Positions 41,001 to 53,069 of a stretch of 64,000 bases of DNA are shown here, in pieces. Under the pieces are notes generated by a model that was not told the DNA's origin, made no database searches, and worked only from the letters and a program-made list of their open reading frames with translations. The DNA is taken from NCBI GenBank assembly GCA_043228905.1, contig JBHGNT010000005.1, forward strand, positions 1,736,001 to 1,800,000, in the 5' to 3' direction. The stretch is from Azolla caroliniana. Lineage: Eukaryota > Plantae > Polypodiophyta. The first letter of the stretch is position 1. Each line of letters begins with the position of its first letter. The position numbers were made by a program, and so were the translations under genes.

Positions 41001-41365
41001 TACTGGAGGACTTCAATGACGGTCAGATGTTGTTTCGCCTGGAAGCAGAAGCCTTCGAACGAGAACGACTCGCAGCCATCCCAACCAGCCCTCCAACGGC
41101 CACAGAGCAGAAGGAAGAACCTTCCAGCGAGGGGATCACGGACACGGCACAGGAGGAACTTGCCCCGGCCAACAGACCTCCCGAGGACGCCCACACGGTA
41201 CCAGATCCAGTCGAAGTAGAGGTTAGCGCCCTCGAACCCACACCCCCACCAGAAGAATCGGCCGCACCTGAGGCGGACGCCCGAGAAGATATGATACCCC
41301 CGGACCAAACTCAACCCCCTGCGCCGACAGTCCAACCAGACCACCCTGCCACCACCCCAGACCTG
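38005..41365 (+). pseudogene. Extra 3' ORF of the gypsy element (globular domain, Pro-rich linker, long coiled coil), disrupted
   Basis: ORF pieces 38005-39270, 39271-39864, 39762-40625, 40460-40729 and 40736-41365 join through three stops and two frameshifts into about 1000-1100 codons. Same strand and base composition as pol. Confidence 0.75.
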
Positions 41366-41936
41366 ACATGTATGTGGTGTATGCAATTGCGACCACAAAG
41401 TGTGATAAAAGCACGAGGATTGAATGTAAATATTCATGATAGATTGAATGTGTGGCACCGTGGCAGCAGGTGTCCCTGTCCCATGAGCTTGGCAATGCAC
41501 ACATAAATGTTTAATCTAATCCCTCAAGGTCTTGCAAGAGCCCTACCAGAAGTTTTTGGGAAGATTTGTAATCTTTTCATTCCTTCAGAGATATCGTTCT
41601 CTTCCCATGCAACACGCCGATCTTTTTGAGTTATATGAGTGGAGATGTAAAGAGTGGAAATCAATAGATGGGTTAACTAGGGCTAAGAACCTATTGTGTA
41701 AAAGGAAGCCTTGGAGTGTATTCTAGGGTTCAATACCAGGGAGTAATTCTAGGAAACATTTGGGTTTGATTGAGTGGGCAAATCTACTAATTAGGGTCAT
41801 GGGTCGGAGGGTCTCCGGTTTACTACCGCTAGGCCTATATTTGTAAATTTGTAATATTATTAACTAGTAAAGAAATCATGCTTTCCATATAAATTTTCTC
41901 TCGCTCGCTCGCTCGCAGTCTGCAGAGGTGGAATGA

Positions 41937-43970
41937 ATGGCCCGCTGTCGCAGAGCACTTCCTTCAACAACTCCATCGCCATCGCCATCGCCATCGCCAT
42001 CGCCATCACGTCTTCGCAACGAAGATGGGATTGCAGATAAAGACGAACTCATCCTTTTACTCAAATCTTGTGCTTCTTCTTCCCCCTCACCCCATTCAGG
42101 TATGCTCCTCCACGCCTACATCCTCGAATCTGCCATTCCTTTGGATGTTTTCCTAGAGAATACCCTCCTCAGTATGTATTCGAAGCATGGATGTTTAGAG
42201 GATGCTTCTATTGTCTTTCGACAGATGCAAGCTAAGAATTCTGTATCATGGACTGTCATGATCACATGCTATACAAAACATGGCCGTCATAAAGATGCTT
42301 TAGATATCTACAAGTTCATGGATTTAGATGTGAAATTAAATGTGGTCACTGTTGTATGTCTTATACATTCTTGCACTTCTCTTGCCGAAGTGGAATGTGC
42401 CAACTTCATACATTCAGATGTATACAGACATGCATTTGAGCATGATGTTGTCATAGGAAGCTCTCTTTTGAATATGTATGCTAAGCATGGTTACTTTGAT
42501 GAAGCAAGAAAGGTTTTCCACGATTTATTGCATAAGAATGTGGTTACTTGGACCTCGATGATTGTTGCATATTCTGACCATGGATTTGTAGATCAAGCTT
42601 TTGAGCTTTTTGAAAAAATGCAAAATGAAGGAGTGAAACCAGATCTAGTCACCTTCCAGAGTGTGTTGAAGGCATGCATTTCTATAGGATCTCTAGATGT
42701 AGGTAAGCATTATCATGTAATTGTTCTTGATGCAGAATTGGTGCATTCTGTTTCACTTGAAAATGCCCTCATTAACATGTATGCCAAATGTGGCAGGTTA
42801 GATATTTCAAGAAAAATCTTTGCGAAGATGAAGAGAAGGGATGTCGCATCATGGTCTATGGTTATTGCTGGATTTGTTGAGTGTGGTCTTACTAAGGTTG
42901 CAGTGGAATACTTCAAGAAAATGCAAATTGAGATGGTGAAACCAAATGATGTTACATATATCAGCATACTCAAAGCATGTGCGAACATGAAATGTTTGAA
43001 GGATGGACAGATGATTCATAATACCGTCTTAGAAGATGAGTTTTGGGGTGATAATTTTGTGGCAAGTGCTCTCATTGATATGTATTGTAGGTGTGATCAG
43101 ATAACAGATGCCTTTCGTGTATTTAATAGTTCAGCTATGAAAGATGTAGTTTTGTGGACAGCAATGATTGGAGGATGTGTCCAACAGGGATGCAATGAAG
43201 AAGCGTTGGAGTTCTTTGATGAAATGCAGATTAATGGTGTGAAACCAAATGAGATCACATTCGTTACCTTGCTCAATGCATGTAGTTCTCTATTTTCTTT
43301 ACAACGAGGTGCTCAAATTCATCAAGAAATATGTAAAAATGGTTTAGATTTAAGTATGGAAATAGGGACATCTCTAATTCTTATGTATTCCAATTATGGA
43401 CAGTTAGAGGAAGCACGACGTGTATTGGAAATGTTGCCTTCTTGGAGTTTAGTTGCATACACAGCTATGGTTGTTGCATATGCTCAACATGGCGATGGTA
43501 AAGAAGCGCTTGAACTTGTACATAAAATGCATGGAAGAGAGATGAAATTGGACCATATTAGCTTCATCGGCATCCTTACTGCTTGTAATAATGCTGGGCT
43601 AGTTAAGGAGGCAGTGGAATTATTTGAGTTAATGCAAGAGTATTATAATCTTTCACCTTCCACTAAGCATTATACATGTATGGTTGATGCCTTTGGTCGT
43701 GCGGGCCAGATAGAACAGGCAGATAACTTGGTCACAAAAATGCCTTTACAGCCAAATGTTATCTCAAGGAGAGCATTGCTTGGTGCTTGCAAAAATCATG
43801 ACAAGATGGACTTATCTGACCATGTAGCAAAACAAGTACTCTATTTTGAACCACAGGAGGCAGAAGACTTTGTTTTATTAGCAAACATTTACAGTGCAAA
43901 TGCTGAAAAGGATGATATAAACTACTACTTAAGAGGGAGTGGAACGACCAATAATCCCGCAGTTATCTAG
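41937..43970 (+). CDS. PLS-class pentatricopeptide repeat protein (677 aa), truncated E domain, no DYW
   Basis: Intronless P-L-S triplets (NTLLSMYSKHG, VSWTVMI, VTFQSVLKAC). Ends with HYTCMVDAFGRAG and LLGACKNH...FVLLANIYS. R/S/P-rich N-terminus resembles a targeting peptide. Confidence 0.95.
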   Translation: MARCRRALPSTTPSPSPSPSPSPSRLRNEDGIADKDELILLLKSCASSSPSPHSGMLLHAYILESAIPLDVFLENTLLSMYSKHGCLEDASIVFRQMQAKNSVSWTVMITCYTKHGRHKDALDIYKFMDLDVKLNVVTVVCLIHSCTSLAEVECANFIHSDVYRHAFEHDVVIGSSLLNMYAKHGYFDEARKVFHDLLHKNVVTWTSMIVAYSDHGFVDQAFELFEKMQNEGVKPDLVTFQSVLKACISIGSLDVGKHYHVIVLDAELVHSVSLENALINMYAKCGRLDISRKIFAKMKRRDVASWSMVIAGFVECGLTKVAVEYFKKMQIEMVKPNDVTYISILKACANMKCLKDGQMIHNTVLEDEFWGDNFVASALIDMYCRCDQITDAFRVFNSSAMKDVVLWTAMIGGCVQQGCNEEALEFFDEMQINGVKPNEITFVTLLNACSSLFSLQRGAQIHQEICKNGLDLSMEIGTSLILMYSNYGQLEEARRVLEMLPSWSLVAYTAMVVAYAQHGDGKEALELVHKMHGREMKLDHISFIGILTACNNAGLVKEAVELFELMQEYYNLSPSTKHYTCMVDAFGRAGQIEQADNLVTKMPLQPNVISRRALLGACKNHDKMDLSDHVAKQVLYFEPQEAEDFVLLANIYSANAEKDDINYYLRGSGTTNNPAVI

Positions 43971-45839
43971 TGTCACACACATCTTTTGGTCAAATGAAAT
44001 AATAATATTTTGGACCAAAGATGTAATTTGGCATTCAAAAGATAGAGACGTCACAGAGTGAAATTGGGGGTTCCATCCAAAATCCCACATGATAGCAATT
44101 CAACAAAACCATTCGGAATCAAAATATTGCCCAACAATTTGGGGTGTCTGAGAACTACTCTGACGAGAAGATGCAGAAAACTCATACCAACCATATGTTT
44201 CCATAATTTTGTGGCGTACAATTCTTTTATAATCGGCACAAAAATAGATCATAGTCATTTCAAGAAAATTGTCAAAGAGCACAATTGAAAATGATGAATC
44301 TATCCTGAATGCAATGTGTATCATTTTGGATGCCCTTGTGGCCATTAAATTCTCAATTCAGCATGGTTGGTTGGAAGCGAACAAACGACTCATGTATCCT
44401 CTAACCAAAGGGATCTTCTATCTACAATCTGAGGATCACACCAAAAGCTCATTTAGGAAATCCATTATGCTCCATCTAAAAAGTACATCTGCTTTGTAGT
44501 ACACTATTAATTGTGGCGAGAACTTTAGCATGGTGCTTTTAGAGCCTCTAATTCAGATGCACAAATGGTTGCTCAAGTGAAGCATTGTACATATTACATT
44601 TTCTGATCTTGTACTAAACACATTTTTAGCAAGAGAGCGCATGTGATATCAAGGATGAAGCAAACCTTGGGCTAAGAGAATTCTCTCCCTTGGCTTAGCT
44701 ACCTGATACCAGCAAAAAACGGATTGTAACATTGTTATTATATGTAATGATCTCAAAATCTAAACTTATTCTTTAATTGATATCTCTTAGGAGTTATATA
44801 AATTAAAATAATGTTAGGGGAACAATGATCAGTCAAATTTACAGCAGTTAGTTCTTATTCGGTTACAATTAGTGGGTAATTCTCTGTTGATTTTTATCAT
44901 TTAAGATGAAGGGGATTGCAAGGATTTGTCGGGCTTTGAATGATTACATATTCATGATGCTATTTCTAGATTAACAGATCATGAAGAAGAAAACAATTTG
45001 CATTTGTGTTTTGTGTAAGCAACATTGAATGTGCACATCTACTTTCATTCTTGATTGAGTACCTTCATAAGACTGTCTGACGTAAGGTAGATTATCATTC
45101 CTGCTCTATATTTTGTCAAGAAAATAACCTAATCCATCCTTGTTCAGGGGTACACCATCTTCTAGTCATTGGCTAGCTATTGAGGAGAAAACTGATTCCT
45201 CTCATCAAACATTCTGTACATGTGTAACCCTCTCTATGGTAGCTGTGACATTGTGGTTTGCAACCTCACTAACACATATATTGTATGTAGAATATAGTCG
45301 TACACATTAGAACTAAGAATGTCCTGTTTTACATTAAAAATCTAGCAAAACGGTAGCTGATTCATGTTTTATGTCAAAAAATTTATGTAAGAAACACAAT
45401 AGAAGCCAAATAGCATTTTATGACGTACCTTCCATTAATAAACTTGGTAATAAACTACTCCACCTCAAAGAATACACTCATACTTCCATTAATAAACCCT
45501 AATTTGGAAAACTTGGGATAATAGAATACACATTTCCCAAAAGAAGATATCGTAATCATATGGTTACTAACTTACTACAACTCGTGGCCTATTTTACAAA
45601 AGTTTTTATAGTCCAGATAGCTGTGCAACAACTGCCAAGCTATACACACGCATGAAGGCATGACATTTGCCCAAACCACTTGAATACATACATACACTAC
45701 TAAGCTTTTACCTATAGATATCTCTAGAGCCAAACACGTCCATTTTGATATACATTGACATATCTATATCAATCAATCAATCAATCTATATATAAATCTA
45801 CACACATGATGATGAGATTGAGGTAAAAAACCTTATCTT

Positions 45840-47179
45840 CTATGGTCTATAAGAACCGAGCCTTACGGATTTTCTAGATTTACCTTGTATTGATTCCCCT
45901 TGTTCTCCTGGCCTTTCTATCACAAGTTTCAAAGCATGCTTTACTTGTTTAATCATCAATTCTACATCCTGCAACCCTCCTTCCTCCTCCATGTCCCAAG
46001 CTTTTGGTGCTACTACAAAGACATTCTTGATCCGTCCTCCCAGAGTCGATATCTCGGCCTTCAATGTCCGGAGCTCAAGTGCATCAAACGTTTGCTTTAG
46101 TCCCGACATTAAATCTACATGATCTTCGCAACACAACGAAACGCGCAGTGTTGTTAACCTACCTTTCAAGGTAGGTGATGATTGGTTGTTCTCTCTCTCG
46201 ACCTTGAGCTCATTGCTTTCAGTAGGCATCAAATCACCATATTCATACACCTCTGAGACCTTGCGCTTCAATTTCTTGACTTGATCTACCACCTCCCCCA
46301 GTAATGATGCCTTGTCGACCTACGCAGGAGGATACGTCATGATATGATCCATCTAATACTTTAAAAAGAAAATGTTAATACTCAACATCACCTAGATATC
46401 GCTTATCTAGCAAGATTTGAGGGCAATATACAGTTAGAACCAGATTTTAGCTTTTCATCTTCATAAATTCCACAAAATGATCTAGGTGTATTGAGAAATT
46501 CCTGTCAGAGAGAATCTAATCCCAATGAAGGAAGGAGTATCATATTAAGCAAACTGAGAGTGATTTCTTTCTTACTTTTCGTTCTTCCAAGTTGAAAGAG
46601 TTCTTCCATCCACAGAAAATGATGATTTCCCATCCACAATCATATAATATACACATAGACAAAGCAACGCAACAGAAGAATTTAGTGGTTATTTCTTTAT
46701 TTTACCTTGAAAGAGCTGCGGAGGATAGTTCTTAAAGTAGCCAAATGGGAATTAATTCGTTCACGCCGTCGTCGCTCTGCTTCACTGTGGATCTTAGAAG
46801 CAACAAGGGCTTTTTCTTCTTCTCTGGTTTCTTTAATCAGTGTTCTACGGGGTGCATTCACAATCTCACCCTTGGATTTATCGAGCACCAAGGACCTCGA
46901 AACATATTCATGATCATCATAAGGTGGAATATGGTGAGCCAAGACTGCGTTCTTGATCATGACATGATGTGATGAGTTTGTAGCACGAGGATCAAGAATG
47001 TGATTATAGCCATAAGAGGGTAATATACTGCCTTGAATCTGTTGAATCTCGCGCGCATGATCCGGATTCATAGTATAATGAAGCATATTATTGTTGGTGG
47101 TGGTGTTGAAGAAGAACTCAGAAAATGGTGGTTGGAGAGCATAGTTCCCTATCACTTGTTGCCCATTAGCATAACTCAT
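45840..47179 (-). CDS. bHLH transcription factor, TMO5/bHLH30/32-like (subfamily Vb), with C-terminal ACT-like domain
   Basis: Exons 47179-46706 and 46319-45840. KALVASKIHSEAERRRRERINSHLATLR..|VDKASLLGEVVDQVKKLK, then MPTESNEL, VSLCCEDH and LRTLKAEISTLGGRIKNVF. Confidence 0.92.
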
Positions 47180-47821
47180 GAATCCTAATATAGATGTATA
47201 TTGCAAAAATCTTGACTTGCAGAGATGATCTGATCATTAACACATTGGAATTTAATACTCTTGCCAGAGACTCTGAAGCTTGGAACACAGATATATTCCC
47301 AGATTTTTAGCCCGACCCTCTCAGCAGGATTACCGATGAGAAGATGGAGATGGTTTGATAATGGCGCCTGAGAGAGGAGAATGAAAAGAAGAGACGAAAA
47401 AAGAGCAATGAGAGGATGAAATTTCAGATCAGTTTCAGACACATACACACACACACCTCTCTAAGATGATGATGAAGAAGACTGCGAAAGTTCTTTATTC
47501 ATAAAAGAAGAGAGTTAGGGAGGACATATTTTGTGAAGCCAACATCAGAACATGCTGATACACATACATACATACATACATACATGATACATACATATAT
47601 ATTCTATTTGTGTTTGCAGAGAAAACAGTGGTGGGTGGGTGGATGAGACATACCAGAATGAGCTTCCTGGCTATGGCGGATGATATCAGGAAGCAGAAAA
47701 GAGGAGTCAAGAAACAAAGAACGTACGACAGAAAGAAGCAGAAGAAGCAGAAGAAGAAAGAAGAGATGATGGAGATGGCGATGGCGAGCTCTGAATTCAA
47801 AGCCTTTTCGCGAACAAACTT

Positions 47822-47852
<31 letters not shown>

Positions 47853-47895
47853 TAGAGAGACATCTGCGACAGGCGCAAGGCGAGTTAGCTGTCGA

Positions 47896-48170
47896 TGACG
47901 TGGCACCTCTCGAGCCCCTCCACGTCAGCACGGCAGAGAGAATATATGGGAGCCGACGTGGCAACATCGTACTCTGACCTAATGTCACGTCAGCAATAGG
48001 AGCAGCAGCATCCGGGAGGACATGCTAGCGCTGACGTGGCATCATTGCCCCTGCACCGCCTTCCACGTCAGCATGTCGGGGGAAGCTACAAAAGTGTGTG
48101 GTCCCGTCCATGTCAGCATCCGGGAGAAAAATACGGAAGCCGGGGGTTGTCTCCCTCGGGTGACATGGCC
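47896..48170. promoter_or_regulatory. Cluster of bZIP C/G-box hybrid motifs (GCTGACGTGGCA and its reverse complement) upstream of the bHLH gene
   Basis: Six ACGT-core copies and two ACAT/ATGT variants in 275 bp, just upstream of a minus-strand CT tract (47822-47860). Confidence 0.55.
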
Positions 48171-51119
48171 ACCTTCGAGAAACACGAAAGTCTCGGAGCG
48201 ACCCGGGAAATCACCACTTTGTGTCGCCTTTTATTCCACTTGAGCAACTCAGAGAATGATATGAGATGTGGGCATAGGGAAGAAGAACCACATGCCCTCT
48301 CTCCGTCCTTACCATCTTAGCACCTCCGAGAAACATACAAACCCTAGGTGTTGTATAACCGCACTTTATCCCTTTCGGGTTAGTGTCTCTTAAGAAAACA
48401 TGGACCACACTTTCTCTCCCTCTTGCGTCATTCTTTTCGTTTCGCTTAAGGGGCAACCTTTCTTGCATCATCCGGTTACATAGGGCTACTAATGATATTC
48501 TTAGATAACCGAATTATTAAGTCCAAAAGGATGAGAACAACATTCTTACTAAACCATATTACTGAGCTTAACAGGTACCTTGTAAATAAGCATGAGATGT
48601 ACCCTTCACAACAAGCAGTGTAATATTGACAATTTTCTTTTCTACTAATTTAATGTAAAGGGTGTGTGTGTGTGTGTGTGTGTGAGCTATCTTCGTTCTT
48701 TGCCGGCAACTTCGTTGGAGTGCATTCACTTGACCCTGGCGTAATGTATCTTGCAATTCAATGACAATGCTTGTAAGTACCATCGTCCTTTCTATTTTCT
48801 CTACAAATTAGTTGTAAATCAGCACAAGAGTATATATTGTTTTGGGCAAAATTCGCATATTTGAACACATCTATATAAATCGTCTTGCTTGTACAACACA
48901 CATGCCCTTTTGTTTATTTTCATAATGTCATAAGTCGTTTTCTAATGACTCATAAATTGCAAGTAAAAACATGTGTCATTGCTAATGCTTTACCTACACA
49001 GTTGCTAGCATTGACCTTGTTATTCTTTTTATTCTAGAGTAGGTTTTTGCTGAGAGTACGATGGGCTACATTGTGTTTGTAGAGAGGTGTTTCATCGACA
49101 TAGTATGTATCACAATGCTCTATGTTTGTATAGAAGTGTCTCACTAACATAGTTTAAAAATGCTATGGGTAAGGTCACCACTTTCCAAAATATTCTCAAA
49201 CCAATGCGTGCATGGTTCTTTCATTATGGAGAAATGAAATTCATGGCCTTTTAAACATATCCAAGAAAATAAAAACTTTCTAGTGAGGTTTTTGGGGAAA
49301 AAAACATTTTAGACAATAATGTGAAGCCATTGATTTTTGCATAATACTATTGCCTTTCATGTTGTAAACACTAATTGCAACAAATTGAGCTTGAGTATCT
49401 TAAGGATTAATGTTGAGTAAACCCACTTGTTATGTGCATAACCATAATTAATCATGAGATAGGTTTTTCATAGTTTTCCCTAGTCTTATGATGAGTATGT
49501 GTAGGTTAAATCCGAAATGAACAAGGGTATGGATTGAACAACAATTCTACAATGCGAGATAATTATTAAGCATATTATCTCTTGACGTTTTCACATGAAG
49601 TAGTCAAATGTGAACACACTAGGGCCTAGGGTTTCAACCTATATAAGAAGGCATCTGACCTTCTTATCAAAGGAGGCTTGGCTTATGTTGAGACTATATC
49701 AATGTGGCAATGGCTCTTGCTAGCCAATCACGCGCTATCCTCATGGAACCCAAGGTATGACTCACATCAACCCTCGATGATATGGGATATTGAGGACGTT
49801 CGAGTTCATCTCATGTAATCGCTAGGGGGTGGTGAGGTGGTCTAGCACCCCACTTTCCTTACTTTGGTCTATAAATCCTTATATTTTGCTTAATAATTAG
49901 TTGAACTCTAACACAATTCTATTTCAATTTTTTCAAGGAAGAAGAAATTTCGAACTAAGAATGATGACATGGTAATTCTTACAGATACATATCATTTTGT
50001 TTATAGTGAAGGTGACACTTCTTTAATGTTGCTTACAAAGTATTTCTTTTGATACTAATGGGGTACACCATGGGAACTATTCAAAGGTGACCATTGACAA
50101 CCCAACAGAACACCATGCTTTTAATAGATATTGGAAGCCCTCTAAATAATGTGGCTATTGAAGACCACGAGTAAATGGTGTCAACAAATATATTGAATAA
50201 GAAGAAAAGATGATGAAAGGGTGGGTGAGTCACGTGCAATTGGTCTCCAAGGATAGGGTTATTTTGGGTGTCCTAATCAAATAGGAGTTTTGGAGACTTT
50301 CTCTTTAGGAAACCCTACATCCTACAAGGATACAACTCTATACATATTGACCTCCCTCACAACTCGTCATATCTTATTGGACGCATCATTCTAAAGAATG
50401 GGATGTTTATAATCACATGTTTTAATACTATGGTGCTACCAATAGACACCAAATCCCTTGTTTTTCAAATGTGACAAATTATTCTTATTTGTCTCTCTTT
50501 CTCTCTATGTTGCAATGCCAATGTATTAGGTATGGCACTTCCATTGCATTGTTGGAGAGGCTAATTGCCATAACACCTCCCTAAGTAGGAGAGCAGGCCT
50601 CCATTGTACGATAATGGATAATACATAAAAGAATAACAAGTGATGCAACACTATGTGTTCTTGACATAATCTATCATGTATATGCACACACACACACACA
50701 CACCTCCTAATAACGATGTTCATAACAAAAATACAAACACTCACCCATGTGTGTGTGTCTGTGCTTGTTTGAAAATTTACCATGAACTTCATTATTAAGA
50801 TGACATATGGGTGTGAGTATTTCAATTTCTATCATGAACTTTATTATCAAAAGGTGACCATTAGTCCCATGGTGTGATTGATGGAGTTGGGTGGGTAGGT
50901 GGAAGTGAGATGAGGAGGGATAGAGAGAGGGAGGGCACGATGTGGATGTAAGGACATAAGAAAGGGTAATAAGAGCATGGATGATGAAATGGATTGGTGG
51001 TAGGGGTAGGTGACGGCAAGAGAAGTATAAAAATAGACTGCCAAATAATCGAGAGAGGTCCATCCAACCACCAATAATGAAACATAGACAACCTTTTAGT
51101 GGTCTTAACTTGATCGATG

Positions 51120-51700
51120 ACCAGATTAAATTGCCTTCAATGTTTTGTCATTGTCATGAGTGACGACACCATAGTAGTACTTTAGCTCGGCTCGTTGGAT
51201 TACGGAAATTTTTTGTGAGGTGAAGTCACTTGGGATAATGATGGTAGTACTATATAGATAATTTCTTTTGACTAACTCAAAATCTTCAATAGAGTTTCGA
51301 TTCATAACGTCATCACAAATCAACAAAGATGCAATGTGAACAAGTAACTTATCCCCGTCCACGTATCAAAAATCAAATGCACACAAGCGCCAATCATTAC
51401 AATGGCATAATAACCTAGGGTGAAATTCACATGATGTCTCCCGAAAGGAAAATCGAAGTATGTAGAATGTAACTAGTCCCTTGAGGCTTGGATTGAATGA
51501 ATGTGTGTGCAGTTGAACATGTTAAAGTGATAGAGAAATGGGTTCAATCAATCATGTGAGGTTTATTATAGCGGAGAAATACCATACTTTGAGGTATTCA
51601 TTTCTTACTGTTTTTCAAATTGTCACGCATTTGCTTATATTCTTGTCCCATGTATGCCCATTCGATTTTGTCAAATTGTGCCGCCAAAGTAATAAGATTT
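51120..51700 (-). mobile_element. Possible highly decayed PIF1-like helicase fragment (Helitron relic)
   Basis: LLICDDVMNRNSIE...IIIPSDFTSQKISVIQRA resembles PIF1 motifs II/III (LIIWDE.PM.....E...GDF.Q..PV). Very degenerate. Confidence 0.3.
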
Positions 51701-51708
51701 AATGTGCA

Positions 51709-51712
<4 letters not shown>

Positions 51713-51750
<38 letters not shown>
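51713..51750. repeat. (CA)n microsatellite
   Basis: Seen directly. Another (GT)n tract lies at 48662-48684. Confidence 0.95.
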
Positions 51751-51751
<1 letters not shown>

Positions 51752-53069
51752 TCTAGTCATTGTCAATCATGTAGGCCCAATGAATAGCACAAAGAACTAG
51801 CTAGTTTCTTTTATCTCTACATTTTGTATTGCTCAAAAGTTTCGACTTGTCAAATGCTTTTTGGTTTCTTCTTGCATTCTCTCTCTTTAACTTGCTTGCT
51901 CAAGCTACCTCATTGAGGAAATGTAAAACTAAAATAACCTTCATTACCATATTCAACAATACCTATGTTGAAAGATGGTGCATGGATATTGACAACCATT
52001 TTGGACGACACCTATATTCTCTTGCAAAGTGATCACATAACGGCCTCTATAATGTCCAATTGAACTTAGAGTCCAACGTTTGTGATTGGTCACATAAGGG
52101 TGACAAAGGTTTTAGTCCAACAAGGAGATATTATGATGAAGAAATGTCCTTCAAATTGATGTAATCATAGACCTAAATATAGCATTATTGAATGAGAAAT
52201 TTATACGATCATGTTTTGTTCTTTTGTTTCTTGAGTGCTTGTAACCTATATTGTCAACAACTTTGAATTGTCATTAAGAGAATCCAATGATAACACTCCT
52301 ACTTTATTATAAATGACGGGACCATGGAAGACAAAATCATTATAGGTTTCCAAGTGTTGAAGACAAAAGTTTGACCCCAATCATCAACATTGCTAGGCGA
52401 TCACTATGTAACAAATGCCCTAGGGAAAACTCTCGAATAGGAAGCTAACAGAAAATTTTGACAAAAGTTCAGATCTGAACGTCATCATTAGAAAGATCTA
52501 CTCATTGTCGAAGAACAATGTGTGACCCCAAGCCTCTGAAATGCTTGGCAAAGCCCTATATGCCATGTTTCCACATATGTCAATGTCACTTGGAGTACTC
52601 CAAGGGCATGAACAAGCTAAAAGTTTGAAAACACGCGATCCAGGCTCTAGTATGAGGAAAATAATAGAGCGATTAGTTTCTTGTCATACATGTTGGTATA
52701 AAACAAGTGTTCACAGACACAGACACACAACGCGCGTTTGAGTGTGAAATGAAAGTGTTAGGGGACCCATGGAAACAAACAAACAAACAAACCGATACAG
52801 TTTATTGAGCTTAGGAACTCCAGTTTGACATCTATGTATCTGTAGACTGTGTGTGGAGGCAGGGGCAGGGGCAGGGGCAGGGGCAGAGTAGCAATGATTT
52901 CTTTGTTTAGAACAAAACTGGCCAGTAACCTATGAGAACAATGAATGGCATGCAATGAGTACCAACTACTTTCTCAGACATCACCTTACACATCATTACT
53001 TGCTTTCCTGTGAACCCCGGATAAGAGCCATTTTCTTTACACTGCTATCATCATTACCTCGATGTCATC

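Larger units (their letters stand above)
32400..41365 (+). mobile_element. Athila-like (non-chromovirus) Ty3/gypsy retrotransposon, internal region only, with extra 3' ORF
   Basis: Abrupt GC- and CpG-rich block. Domain order gag-PR-RT-RH-INT. No chromodomain and no second RNase H seen. No LTRs recognised at either end. Confidence 0.9.

Noticed and set aside
32339-41504. Many overlapping antisense and alternative-frame ORFs in the gypsy element
   Set aside because: Expected in GC-rich coding DNA; no independent motifs.
41532-41726. WRCKEW...GLTRAKNLL as a BED finger belonging to the left hAT remnant
   Set aside because: Metal ligands are missing and the orientation is opposite to the hAT fragment.
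44050-44600. Possible decayed PPR fragment on the minus strand
   Set aside because: The resemblance (SKMIH...NFLEM) is too weak.
47495-47878. Hydrophobic 127-aa ORF or conserved uORF upstream of the bHLH
   Set aside because: Built from CT, CTT and TATG microsatellites; no resemblance to a known conserved-peptide uORF.
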